DNA of 61,154 nt, counting the filler, from Nemertoderma westbladi (lineage: Eukaryota; Animalia; Xenacoelomorpha): NCBI GenBank assembly GCA_032718475.1. It is 3 parts of 3 records of this genome, joined end to end, with 100 filler letters (N's around TTAATTAATTAA, not from the genome) between each part and the next. Parts side by side here need not be neighbours in the genome. Positions count along the whole stretch, not along the records: positions 44,937 to 61,154 come from JAUCBJ010000325.1; 2 more parts are not named here. One strand, written 5' to 3'. This document shows, one piece after another, positions 49,466 through 61,154 of the stretch. The stretch's first letter is position 1. Every line of letters begins with the position of its first letter. The notes beneath the pieces are model-generated. The model worked only from the letters and a program-made list of their open reading frames with translations, did not search any database and was not told the DNA's origin. Made by a program: the position numbers and the translations under genes.

Positions 49466-50575
49466 ATGTCGAAACGCAAAGCAGTTCATTTCGCCAGCGA
49501 CTCTGGTGGCGACGATGATATAGAAGGCGCAATTAAACGCCGGGTCGTCGACACGGGAGAGAAAAGCGCCCATTCTATGGACAGCGACGAAGAGTTGGAG
49601 GAAGGCGACGCGCAGACTACGTACGATATCCTGCGGGAGGAAGACATCCAAGGTGAGGAGGAAGGCATCTACCGAACCGACGGAGATATAAATATAACTC
49701 CGTTTAACCTCAAAGACGAGATGGAAGAGGGACACTTCGACGCGTCAGGGACGTTTATATTCAATAACGAGGAGGAAGAAATTAAAGATAACTGGTTGGA
49801 TAACGTAGACTGGGTGCGTTTGTCGGACAAACGGACAGACGGAACGGACTTAGATAGTCGGACCGGCGGGACGGGCGCAGGGAGCGATTCGGACTCGGAA
49901 GATATCGACCACGCGTTCAGTGTAAACCGAACTTTAAAAGATATTCTAGAACTCTTAAAACCCGGGGAAACGGTGGCTAAAGCGCTGCGTCGTTTGGGTG
50001 GTTCCCACGGCAACAGAGTTGCTAGGAAACCATTCCGTAGGAACCAGCGACCGACTAAGGAGACAGAGGGAGCGTTGGCGTCTAACGACGCCACGCCGTG
50101 TGGCAGACAGACTGATTTGTTGAACCGACTCACCGGTTTGGCTGACTCGCTCATACAGAGAGGTCATTACGAACTTTACCAGCACACATACGAACTTATT
50201 AAACACAAACTAACTGGTTCGCAGCCCGAGCCAAAGCGATCCGAGTCGGTAGACATGTTCGGGGATAATGACGTCACGGGTAAGAGTGGTGGTGACGTCA
50301 CGGGTAGGAGTGGTGGTGGTGACGACACGGGTAGGAGTGGTCGTAGTGGTGACGTCACGGATCGGATTGTTGACGTACTAGTAGGGGTACCAAAGTCGCC
50401 AATCCAATGGGATTACAAGTCCGACTCCGGGGAGTTTCAGGGTCCGTTTACATCGGATCGTATGGAAGAGTTAGTTCGGGAAGGGAAGTTGGGAAGTGGG
50501 TGGGTCCGACGTGTAGACAGGAGTGATGGACCATTCTACAACATAAACCGGGTGGATTTCTCTATATATTTGTAG
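49466..50575 (+). CDS. CD2BP2: CD2 antigen cytoplasmic tail-binding protein 2 homologue (U5-52K/Lin1), single coding exon
   Basis: MSKRKAVHF start, HSMDSDEE, ITPFNLKDEMEEGHFDASG, DNWLD, LKPGETVAKALRRLGG, GYF-type end WDYK...GPFTS.RM...FYNINRVDFSIYL; 369 aa, intact. Confidence 0.95.
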   Translation: MSKRKAVHFASDSGGDDDIEGAIKRRVVDTGEKSAHSMDSDEELEEGDAQTTYDILREEDIQGEEEGIYRTDGDINITPFNLKDEMEEGHFDASGTFIFNNEEEEIKDNWLDNVDWVRLSDKRTDGTDLDSRTGGTGAGSDSDSEDIDHAFSVNRTLKDILELLKPGETVAKALRRLGGSHGNRVARKPFRRNQRPTKETEGALASNDATPCGRQTDLLNRLTGLADSLIQRGHYELYQHTYELIKHKLTGSQPEPKRSESVDMFGDNDVTGKSGGDVTGRSGGGDDTGRSGRSGDVTDRIVDVLVGVPKSPIQWDYKSDSGEFQGPFTSDRMEELVREGKLGSGWVRRVDRSDGPFYNINRVDFSIYL

Positions 50576-50744
50576 ATAAACCACAACTGGTCGTTTCTAT
50601 ATTATTTCTTTATATATTTCCTCTTTTTTTAATACAAACCTGGCTGGATTTATTTATCTATCTGAAATACCGTCACTAAAATAGTTAATTTACTGGAATT
50701 CGATCCCTGACGTTTGCAAAACACTTTCAAAATGCGTAATGAGG

Positions 50745-51060
50745 ACACCAAATCACTGGATGGCACATTCACAAGAATGCTACGCCGGGTTCATTGTGTA
50801 AAGTACAATGCACACATCTCCAACCAGACACTATATAACATTGGAGGTGTCTCGATGGTTCCCTCAAGCTTGACACTAGAACAAAATCGCCTCCGCTTTG
50901 CAGGACATTGCTTTCGCCGTGAGGAGCAGTCTGTGCACCATCTGGTGCTTTGGCAGCCCCATGGGGAAAAACAGCCCATGTCTTTCTTGAGACGCAACTT
51001 AAAGGACACTGGCCTTAAAGATGCGGATGATCTAGCAAATGTCATGGGTGATAGGGAGAA
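50745..51060 (+). mobile_element. RTE-like LINE fragment, same family as 41146-41692
   Basis: LDGTFTRMLRRV...QNRLRFAGHCFRREEQ...LVLWQP. Confidence 0.82.
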
Positions 51061-51659
51061 AAATGTTTTTGAAGGGGTTTTCCTTGTCTGTGAATCCATT
51101 TCTGATGTCTGTTTTAACGGTTAAAGGATTCTTTATGATCTATCCGGAGGTCTGTCTGTCTGTTATATTTTGACGGACAGACCGACAGGTATATACAGAC
51201 CAATACAAAGCCATTAATTTGTAATACTGACATCAGAAACGGAATCACCAACCAGGAAAACCCCGTTAACTAAATGTTAACGAGGTCGTGTCCTTTCCTA
51301 AATTTTAGACAGACCGACGGACAGATTGTCTGATGAACAGACAGACTGACAGTTATACAGTCTGGAATTCTTCAAAGTTCTTAAAACTAACATCGGTAAT
51401 AGAATCACTGACCAGGAAAACCCCCATAGCCCATAACTTAAATTTCAGTTCGGTAGGGTCAGGGTGTTTCCTTAATTATTGACTGACAGACAGACAGATT
51501 GTCCGATAAACAGACAGACTGACAATCTGGAATTCATAAAACGTTAAAACTGATATTAGCGTATTTGACAAAAAAGACGTTTTAATCCCCGATCTTCATC
51601 TTGTATACTTTCACTCTCTCTGATCGTTTTTGTAGAGTCGTCGCGTACTATTTTTAAAG

Positions 51660-52372
51660 CTTGTCGCCATAGGTTGCGGTGCCACCTTACTATTGCACTA
51701 ATGGCTTTATATATCAACACGACAGTTATAGTCGAACTGAACTCGCAATACTCACACCTAATCCAGCTACTTTCCGGAATCCGCCAGGGGGCGCCCTCGT
51801 CCCCGATATTATTTATTGTCTACACCCTCAGCTTACTTTCTATCTTCAAATATCTAACCCCAGAATCTTTCATCGGCAACCATCACCTACTCATCCACGC
51901 AGATGGTACAATAATCCTTGCAGAGGACCGCAAAGGAGCTGAAAAGAAAATGAATATGCTTGAAGATTACTGCAATAGGAATTACATATCCCTCAACCCT
52001 TCAAAATGCTCTTTAATAGCTGCTAACATTTCTACTGTAAACAAATCCCCTATAAAACTTAAGTGCGGAATTATTGCGTATTCTCAGCAAGAAGTATACC
52101 TGGGGTCATACATCTGTTCAACCGGTAGGCTACATGATATGTTCAATGCTGACCTAATTAAATCGCACTATCATTTAATTGAATATTGCGCTTTTCTGCG
52201 TGAAAACGCTCATGCTCCACTACCTGTGAAAGAAAAAGTGTTAGACGCCTGTCTCTTCAATGGAGTCCTCTATAACTGAATCTAAATGGGTCATCAGCGC
52301 CTTAGAATCTATTTATAGAGTTGGGCGCTGTATAAATAATAGTTTATTATTATTATTATTATTATTATTATA
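51660..52372 (+). mobile_element. LINE reverse-transcriptase fragment followed by an L2/SINE-like (TTA)n tail
   Basis: GIRQGAPSSPILF, HADG (degenerate YADD), LNPSKC, YLGS; then AGCGCC...GGCGCT hairpin and (TTA)n. Confidence 0.8.
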
Positions 52373-52740
52373 AATGGACGGATTACCTGTCTTTGTTATT
52401 TATATTTCACCTAATTTAATGAGAAATGATATTTTGCACAAATTGATCGCCTACGAAATCTGGTCCCTTCATTTATGTTTATTGTTTTCGTTTCTACTTA
52501 TTAATTATTTTTTATTTTTTTTTATACCAGGCAATACTTCCCATAGTAAAAACCGGTAAAACAATATTACATAAATAAATAAATAAACATTAATATAAAA
52601 ATAACGCCAAGCAAAGTGAATCCATAATAATATAAATGTAAACATTCAATCACAAAGAAAAATAAATATTTTCCATTGGTACGCGAAACCCTAGCACAGT
52701 TTGATAGAATCATACATCTCGATACGCATCCATATTACTA

Positions 52741-55211
52741 CAGTCCCGCTCTCAAAAAGCATTCCTTTGATCAAACATTGATCAAACTTTGATCAAACAT
52801 TGATCAATGTTTGATCAAAATGTGTCCATAGAGTAGCATTGAAAGTAGAATTGACATTGAAATGACATTGATGGCATATTGAAATGACCTTGAAATCGAT
52901 GGACCGAAATTCCAGACTTTCTGTCTCATATTGAAATGACATTGAAATGATTTCAAGGGAACAGTTTACATCGCTCTTCTGCGGCATGCCTTTGAACTCA
53001 GATTCCCGCCGAGAACTGGCTTTTGTTAATGGCCAAGCCGCGATGTGATTGACAGGGCGGTGGATGGAGCTTGCTTGACTTTGTGGATGGACAGCGATTG
53101 AATTTACAAGGCGGTGTTGTGGTAGTGTCCCAGACTGAGTTTTGTTCTTGTAGGGTAGGGCCTATTATTACACCAACAACTAGTTCAGAAAAACAGTCTT
53201 TGGAATATTTTTATATTATTGTTATATTAGAAATTAGTTTCAATGTTCCTTAAATCAGAATCAAGGCCAAAGACCTCCATTGACGTAGCAGCGCGATGGC
53301 TGTCGTTGCATTGCATTTGCTTATACAGTAATTGTGTAAATTCGACAAGCTTCCTTCCTGCCCCTGTCTCTAATTATACTAATAAATGTAAATAAAGAAA
53401 TAAATAAATCCAAGCGCTAGCGCCAGCGCACCCCCTAAAATACCTTCTAAAAATGTAGGTAATTTAATTTTAATACTCTGATAAGGTAATTTTATTGAAA
53501 ACCTAATTTGTTTTAAAGTAAACTATGTTAAGTACATCATTAGTTACGTATTTTTTAATTCAGTTTAACGTATTTTAATTATAATTTTTAAATATTAAAA
53601 ATCAAATTGGGTTAGTAATACTTATTAAATTATGCTCATTCATTTTTAATTAATGAAGGGTTTTAACCATCCGGCCGACCACAGGTCGTTGTAAGACAAG
53701 GCATCAATATAACCCCAGTGATCCCATACCCTCTCTTGTTGTGGACTATTACTATATCATTGTACAAGCTGCGGACCTGCACCCCCCCCCCCCCTCATTA
53801 TAATGTGTTGTAGCCATCCACCCAACCCATTGCGTAACTCAGAAATAAACTCCACACAGCACAACCCATACCTGCCATTGCTTACATTACGCCACATCGC
53901 CAAGTGGAGATTCAATTATGGCTGTGAATTATTATAATCATTAGATTGACAATACAGTGTTGTGGTAGTGTACCAGTACCAGACTGAGTCTTGTAATAGG
54001 CCCCACTAACAACTCCGGGCTACGTTCTGAAATACAGCCTCTGGAATATTATTAAATTATTTTCATTAGAAATTATTCACTAGAAAGCCAGTCTGTCAAT
54101 TTAATCGTCCAGTATCAATTCCCGCGGGCTAATACAATTTATTTTCGGGCTAAGGATGCCCTGCCCACTGGCTAAGAAAGCTTGCGGGTAAACGATTCCC
54201 ATTTTGCGGGCTAAGAATTCCCGCGGGCTAAGTCATCACCCAACCGAACATACAGTTCACTGTAACTGCTTTACTCGCATCTCTGTAACAACAACCCAAA
54301 TGCTGTGATTTACAGTATGCGATTTCACCGTGCTGTCACCGCAAGTGTATCTGAGAACAAGCCCATTACTATGGTACAGCTACAATTAGTTTCAAAAAAT
54401 TAATGTAAAACATCGAAAGGAGCAGGTTAAAGGGGTTGTGTTTTCTAACCAAAACAATAAACTAAAGTAGATTTCATCGATTTGCGCTGGAGAACTTTTT
54501 TATTTGCGACCAACTGGAGCCACTATTTGCGAGATAAGGTAGAAATTTTAATTAATATCGAGACAAATACAACGTCTGTTTAATTGTTTTTGGGCAAACA
54601 GAAAAGTCCTCCATGTTGAAATTTTAGTAAGAAAATTTAGTGTAATAAATTAGTTTACTACACATTACTACCTGCATAGTTCCTTTGCGACCAGGCCAGC
54701 TCAGTACCAGGAGGCCAATCTCTTTGGTTCGCGGCCGCCTCCTGTGTATGGGTTAGTTGGCTGTCTAATTTATTGTTAAGCCTTTAGTAAATTACCTACC
54801 CGCCCTTGCTTTCATTACCACCACACCGCCAAGTGGAGATTCAATTGCGGCTGTTATTTTCTGATAATCGCTGTAAATTATTATAACCTTAGGCGGTCCG
54901 GTTTAAATAACGGCTATAGCGTACAAACCTATGGTATGATATGGATGTGGTGTCCTGTGTGCTCTGCAGACATCCTACAGAGCACATGGAGCATTACACA
55001 CACAGGGAGAGCGAGAGAGAGAGAGAGAGGGCTGCTTGATTGACACACGGCTCAGTGGGAATCTAGACTTTGAAGTGCAGCGCCTTTGGTAGAACTCAAT
55101 GGCAGGATTTATAAGCCTGGTTCATTTCAATATTTGATCAAACTTTGATCAATGTTTGATCAAAGTTTGATCAATGTTTGATCAAAGGAATGCTTTTTGA
55201 GAGCGGGACTG
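52741..55211. mobile_element. Tc1/mariner-type non-autonomous element
   Basis: TA|CAGTCCCGCTCTCAAAAAGCATTCCTTTGATCAAAC... and its reverse complement ending GAGCGGGACTG|TA; TIR ~67 bp containing 12-bp TTGATCAA repeats; internal duplications; no transposase. Confidence 0.9.
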
Positions 55212-55301
55212 TATTATAATATAATAATAATTATTATATTATAATAACGTACTGGATGCTTAATCAATGACAATTTTTTTCAGGGATCAGTGTCTCCAAG
55301 T

Positions 55302-56485
55302 TTAGGCGCAACCGCATTCTTTCACAATCATTTTATCATAGTTTTTGGAAACGACCGAGCCGGAAGTTTCCAGGTACAACATCGATAAGTGGCATTAATC
55401 GTGTGGGCACGCAGCTAGGTCGTGAGACCATGGTGGGATAGTGCGCGTTTAATATACACCTGAACAACTGCGTGATTGGTCGCGTTCATGTCCGCCGCCA
55501 AGGGAAAAATGCAGTCCCCTTCGCACTTGTACGCACTGTAATTAGAAGGCGCGATAATCCAGTCGGACCATCCAATTTGATGGAATTCGACATCCATCTC
55601 GGATCGACGGCAGGATTCGGTGGACGTTTCCCGGTTTACTTTAATTTTCTTGTTTCTTCGCTTCGGCTTCACTCGTTTGCGCCACTCGGCGGTTGAGTCG
55701 GAATCCGCTTGAGATTTGTCATGCGAATAAACAACCACTAACGGTGATTTGTTTTCGAGGTATTGTTTATGGTTTTCATCTGTGCTCCACCTAACTCGAA
55801 CTCTACTTTTAATTATGTCACTTTCAGATTTGTCAGCATCAGCAGGTTTATCTAAACGTTTTATTTCAACAACGATGCTGCTATTTGAGTTCGACTCTTT
55901 TAACCAGCGTTGTACTGCTGGTAATATATCGAATACCACCGTGTGTTCGGCAGTTGAGTTGACGATTTTTGTGTCGATTAGATTATGTATGCCAACCTTA
56001 TGGTTGATGACGTCGTAGATGTTCACTCTAAGTTTGTGTTGTTTGTTTTCAGGGGTTGCTTCGTGAAACAGACGCAACTCAGCCGCTACCGGCTGATCGA
56101 ACTTCGGATGAGAATCCAAGGAGAAGCGAAGGCTGTGGCGTCCATCATCTGAAGGAACACTTTCAGTCTCCTCAGGTAAGAAACTTCGAATTGTATTGGG
56201 TGGAACATCAATGACCTGGTCATGGAGGAAATAAAGTTTTTCCCATGGTTCCAGATCGTCTGTATCCCTCGAAGTCACGTGTTTGTGGTACAAATCTCGC
56301 ATGTGAGTTGGAATTACACTGATGCGGCCCAGCGGGGGCGGATGAGAAATACCAAGAAACTGCAATACCGCAGTGGCTTGGGCTTTGGAACCGAGTGAAT
56401 TGGGTATGTAGTTTCCGCCGTTGTATCCGTGAAATGACTTCATATGTAAACAAAAGGACACAACGACAAAAATATATGCATTCAT
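55302..56485 (-). CDS. Intronless BMP2/4 (dpp)-like TGF-beta ligand with two apparent +1 frameshifts (pseudogene or consensus errors)
   Basis: Signal peptide, prodomain ([30 protein letters not shown]), basic furin sites, CRR...[22 protein letters not shown]...NATNHAVVQ; continues in shifted frames as [18 protein letters not shown] and [27 protein letters not shown]-stop (55302). Confidence 0.88.
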
Positions 56486-56959
56486 TGCTTGTTCTAGAAT
56501 AACCCGAAGATGGCAGTCTATAAGCGCTACTAAATAAGTTAATTCTTATTTACATGGAATGCGCAAAGCTTTAATACTCCAAGATGCAGGGAAATCAAAT
56601 CGGCTAATCCTTGGAACTTTCGGTAATTTTTCTTATGGATTTGGATTTGTTTTTAATATGTAAAAAGAGTATATTATACTGCACAGTAGTTGTAAAAGTT
56701 AAAAAACCTTGACTTATTTCGCAATAGCCTAACTCTCGATTTAGGTGACGTGATCTGACTATATCGCTTTGCTTTTGTCGGAGTTCTTTAATAATCGTAA
56801 ATTACTGTATTATCCGAGGCTGCAATATGTTCTACTGTACTGTACTGTGCCAACAAGGTGGTTGTGATACGGGTGTAATATAAAGATATTGTGGTATTAT
56901 TAGCCATTTTTATGCAATAAATTATTTTCCGCGCAGCTCGCCAGATCGTCAGCGAGCGT

Positions 56960-59806
56960 TTTATTGTCTATAGTCTACGGTTACTGTTTATTGTCTATAG
57001 TCTACGGTTACTGTTTATTGTCTATAGTCTACGGTTACTGTTTATTGTCTATAGTCTACGGTTACTGTTTATTGTCTATAGTCTACGGTTACTGTTTATT
57101 GTCTATAGTCTACGGTTACTGTTTATTGTCTATAGTCTACGGTTACTGTTTATTGTCTATAGTCTACGGTTACTGTTTATTGTCTATAGTCTACGGTTAC
57201 TGTTTATTGTCTATAGTCTACGGTTACTGTTTATTGTCTATAGTCTACGGTTACTGTTTATTGTCTATAGTCTACGGTTACTGTTTATTGTCTATAGTCT
57301 ACGGTTACTGTTTATTGTCTATAGTCTACGGTTACTGTTTATTGTCTATAGTCTACGGTTACTGTTTATTGTCTATAGTCTACGGTTACTGTTTATTGTC
57401 TATAGTCTACGGTTACTGTTTATTGTCTATAGTCTACGGTTACTGTTTATTGTCTATAGTCTACGGTTACTGTTTATTGTCTATAGTCTACGGTTACTGT
57501 TTATTGTCTATAGTCTACGGTTACTGTTTATTGTCTATAGTCTACGGTTACTGTTTATTGTCTATAGTCTACGGTTACTGTTTATTGTCTATAGTCTACG
57601 GTTACTGTTTATTGTCTATAGTCTACGGTTACTGTTTATTGTCTATAGTCTACGGTTACTGTTTATTGTCTATAGTCTACGGTTACTGTTTATTGTCTAT
57701 AGTCTACGGTTACTGTTTATTGTCTATAGTCTACGGTTACTGTTTATTGTCTATAGTCTACGGTTACTGTTTATTGTCTATAGTCTACGGTTACTGTTTA
57801 TTGTCTATAGTCTACGGTTACTGTTTATTGTCTATAGTCTACGGTTACTGTTTATTGTCTATAGTCTACGGTTACTGTTTATTGTCTATAGTCTACGGTT
57901 ACTGTTTATTGTCTATAGTCTACGGTTACTGTTTATTGTCTATAGTCTACGGTTACTGTTTATTGTCTATAGTCTACGGTTACTGTTTATTGTCTATAGT
58001 CTACGGTTACTGTTTATTGTCTATAGTCTACGGTTACTGTTTATTGTCTATAGTCTACGGTTACTGTTTATTGTCTATAGTCTACGGTTACTGTTTATTG
58101 TCTATAGTCTACGGTTACTGTTTATTGTCTATAGTCTACGGTTACTGTTTATTGTCTATAGTCTACGGTTACTGTTTATTGTCTATAGTCTACGGTTACT
58201 GTTTATTGTCTATAGTCTACGGTTACTGTTTATTGTCTATAGTCTACGGTTACTGTTTATTGTCTATAGTCTACGGTTACTGTTTATTGTCTATAGTCTA
58301 CGGTTACTGTTTATTGTCTATAGTCTACGGTTACTGTTTATTGTCTATAGTCTACGGTTACTGTTTATTGTCTATAGTCTACGGTTACTGTTTATTGTCT
58401 ATAGTCTACGGTTACTGTTTATTGTCTATAGTCTACGGTTACTGTTTATTGTCTATAGTCTACGGTTACTGTTTATTGTCTATAGTCTACGGTTACTGTT
58501 TATTGTCTATAGTCTACGGTTACTGTTTATTGTCTATAGTCTACGGTTACTGTTTATTGTCTATAGTCTACGGTTACTGTTTATTGTCTATAGTCTACGG
58601 TTACTGTTTATTGTCTATAGTCTACGGTTACTGTTTATTGTCTATAGTCTACGGTTACTGTTTATTGTCTATAGTCTACGGTTACTGTTTATTGTCTATA
58701 GTCTACGGTTACTGTTTATTGTCTATAGTCTACGGTTACTGTTTATTGTCTATAGTCTACGGTTACTGTTTATTGTCTATAGTCTACGGTTACTGTTTAT
58801 TGTCTATAGTCTACGGTTACTGTTTATTGTCTATAGTCTACGGTTACTGTTTATTGTCTATAGTCTACGGTTACTGTTTATTGTCTATAGTCTACGGTTA
58901 CTGTTTATTGTCTATAGTCTACGGTTACTGTTTATTGTCTATAGTCTACGGTTACTGTTTATTGTCTATAGTCTACGGTTACTGTTTATTGTCTATAGTC
59001 TACGGTTACTGTTTATTGTCTATAGTCTACGGTTACTGTTTATTGTCTATAGTCTACGGTTACTGTTTATTGTCTATAGTCTACGGTTACTGTTTATTGT
59101 CTATAGTCTACGGTTACTGTTTATTGTCTATAGTCTACGGTTACTGTTTATTGTCTATAGTCTACGGTTACTGTTTATTGTCTATAGTCTACGGTTACTG
59201 TTTATTGTCTATAGTCTACGGTTACTGTTTATTGTCTATAGTCTACGGTTACTGTTTATTGTCTATAGTCTACGGTTACTGTTTATTGTCTATAGTCTAC
59301 GGTTACTGTTTATTGTCTATAGTCTACGGTTACTGTTTATTGTCTATAGTCTACGGTTACTGTTTATTGTCTATAGTCTACGGTTACTGTTTATTGTCTA
59401 TAGTCTACGGTTACTGTTTATTGTCTATAGTCTACGGTTACTGTTTATTGTCTATAGTCTACGGTTACTGTTTATTGTCTATAGTCTACGGTTACTGTTT
59501 ATTGTCTATAGTCTACGGTTACTGTTTATTGTCTATAGTCTACGGTTACTGTTTATTGTCTATAGTCTACGGTTACTGTTTATTGTCTATAGTCTACGGT
59601 TACTGTTTATTGTCTATAGTCTACGGTTACTGTTTATTGTCTATAGTCTACGGTTACTGTTTATTGTCTATAGTCTACGGTTACTGTTTATTGTCTATAG
59701 TCTACGGTTACTGTTTATTGTCTATAGTCTACGGTTACTGTTTATTGTCTATAGTCTACGGTTACTGTTTATTGTCTATAGTCTACGGTTACTGTTTATT
59801 GTCTAT
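56960..59806. repeat. Homogeneous 27-bp tandem array, ~105 copies
   Basis: TTATTGTCTATAGTCTACGGTTACTGT repeated with no variant seen by eye. Confidence 0.98.
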
Positions 59807-60062
59807 GGATACTGTCTCTATAACTACTGTAGGTTGAAGGTAAACGTTTCAGACATTTGTTTCTTTCGCACTCCCATGTGTTTGTATGCAATTTATTTGA
59901 TGGTCAGTACATTGGAACACCAATACACAAATCGCGCTCAGTAGTGTAGTCCTACTGAAATACACAGTTGTTAAAACAAGCTCGAAATCGCGCAAAGGTC
60001 CGCGTCTACTAACGCATGAACGTCTCCTTGAATCGCTTACTATCAATCTTACTACCAAAAAA

Positions 60063-60140
60063 ATGTGGGGATTGAACTCAGTACCTAGAAAATCTAAGTT
60101 ACACAGAATCCAAGACTACCAACTGATCCACTCCGCGCCG
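60063..60140 (-). mobile_element. tRNA-like Pol III head (SINE-like)
   Basis: Minus strand: TGGATCAGTTGG (A box) ... CTAGGTACTGAGTTCAATCCCC (B box). Confidence 0.55.
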
Positions 60141-60549
60141 TATAAAGCCTTAAAACCAAAAACCAAGTGTAAATTAACAACAAAATCACCAACAACAACA
60201 ACAACGGGGTGAATACTAGAGGTCTCGCTACGCGGACCTAAAAATTCAGACTTTCAGAAAATTCCAAATAACGACTTGTGTGAATGACGATAGGCGGGCT
60301 TTTGGAAATCAGAGTTGCAATGAAAATTACGTATGGTAAAAATAATTATTTATTACATGGGAAAAAAGAGAACTTTTTTTCATTATTCTCGAGGATTTTA
60401 TTTACCGAGCGTCAGCGAGTTTAATAAAGGGTCGAGAGAATATTGAAAAAAATGGTCTTGGCCATATTTCAAAAACATTCTTCAACGCCCTACATTTTAT
60501 GTTCCAGTTTCAATTCTCTTTTTGTTTACATTGCATTTTATAAGTATAG

Positions 60550-60640
60550 AGGTGGTGATTTCTTTGTGGCTATAACCTACGGGAAGATTGTTGGGTGTAT
60601 TGGTATGGAGATTGCTGATGGCGTTCCAAATACAACTATT
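60550..60640 (+). other. Possible GNAT-acetyltransferase-like coding fragment
   Basis: GGDFFVAITYGKIVGCIGMEI resembles the GNAT beta2-beta3 hairpin; no clear exon boundaries. Confidence 0.2.
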
Positions 60641-61154
60641 ATTTCAATGATTATGAAAAGTCAATTTGATTTATTAAAAAATAATTCAATTGATCCATTA
60701 ATATACTAAATCAGTGAATATATTCTATAATGTAAAATGAGCCTGTAACTGTGTTGGCCCTACCAAGCAATACATGGGCCTCCGCTCCACCCATAGCGCT
60801 GATGACTTTTCAACAAACGGACCGCTAGCTTATTTTTCTGTCGGCAAGCTGCATTGCTGCTGCAATACTGTATATATAACTTATTTAATTAATCTTACGC
60901 CCCCATTTAAATACAGTATTATATATTATTCAATTACAACAAACGAAGGTTTTAAAATCGTTTAAGTTATGCAATACTTTCTTTCATCCAGGGGAATTTA
61001 TCACTCCCTTCCTTGTAAGAAGACCAGAGACATGAATATGACAGAAGGACCAGAAAGACACGAAGTGGGGCCTTCGCGCAGCACGTGACTTAAATTTAAT
61101 TTAAGTACTAATTCGAAAGTATTACTGTATTAGCAAATTTTAAGCAGATTTCGC

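Noticed and set aside
55415-55460. Intron at CAG|GTGTAT explaining the BMP frameshift
   Set aside because: Splicing to the nearby AG is out of frame, and a longer intron would remove the conserved CVP segment; two single-base insertions explain the sequence better.
56964-59837. 957-aa ORF (LLSIVYGYC)n
   Set aside because: By-product of a stop-free frame in a 27-bp tandem repeat; starts at TTG and has no unique domains.

Overview
Repeat-rich genomic DNA of an invertebrate animal (spliceosomal introns, BMP and calcineurin genes). It is three separate contigs (1-28455, 28556-44836, 44937-61154) joined by artificial 100-nt N44-TTAATTAATTAA-N44 linkers, so adjacency across the linkers means nothing. 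Contig 1 carries the first three coding exons of calcineurin A (minus strand), an 8.4-kb intronic satellite, hAT- and piggyBac-type non-autonomous elements, tRNA-derived SINE heads, LINE 3' fragments and a second 3.6-kb satellite. Contig 2 carries one end of an apparently intact Polinton/Maverick (adintovirus-like) element: penton N-terminus, integrase, small basic ORF, core-like ORF, packaging ATPase, RING protein, orphan ORF and a repeat-rich terminus. It abuts, and seems inserted into, a degenerate APE-RT LINE whose ORF1 begins with a Ulp1/C48 SUMO-protease-like domain. Contig 3 carries a gag-like fragment, a single-exon CD2BP2 CDS with a degenerate GYF motif, a Tc1/mariner-type MITE, an intronless BMP2/4-like gene with two frameshifts and no dimerisation cysteine, and a homogeneous 27-bp x ~105 array. 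Best leads: the protease-bearing APE-LINE, the endogenous Polinton and its accessory genes, a tRNA-promoter/hammerhead-like hybrid, and the divergent BMP. All family assignments are by eye from motifs; no database search was run.
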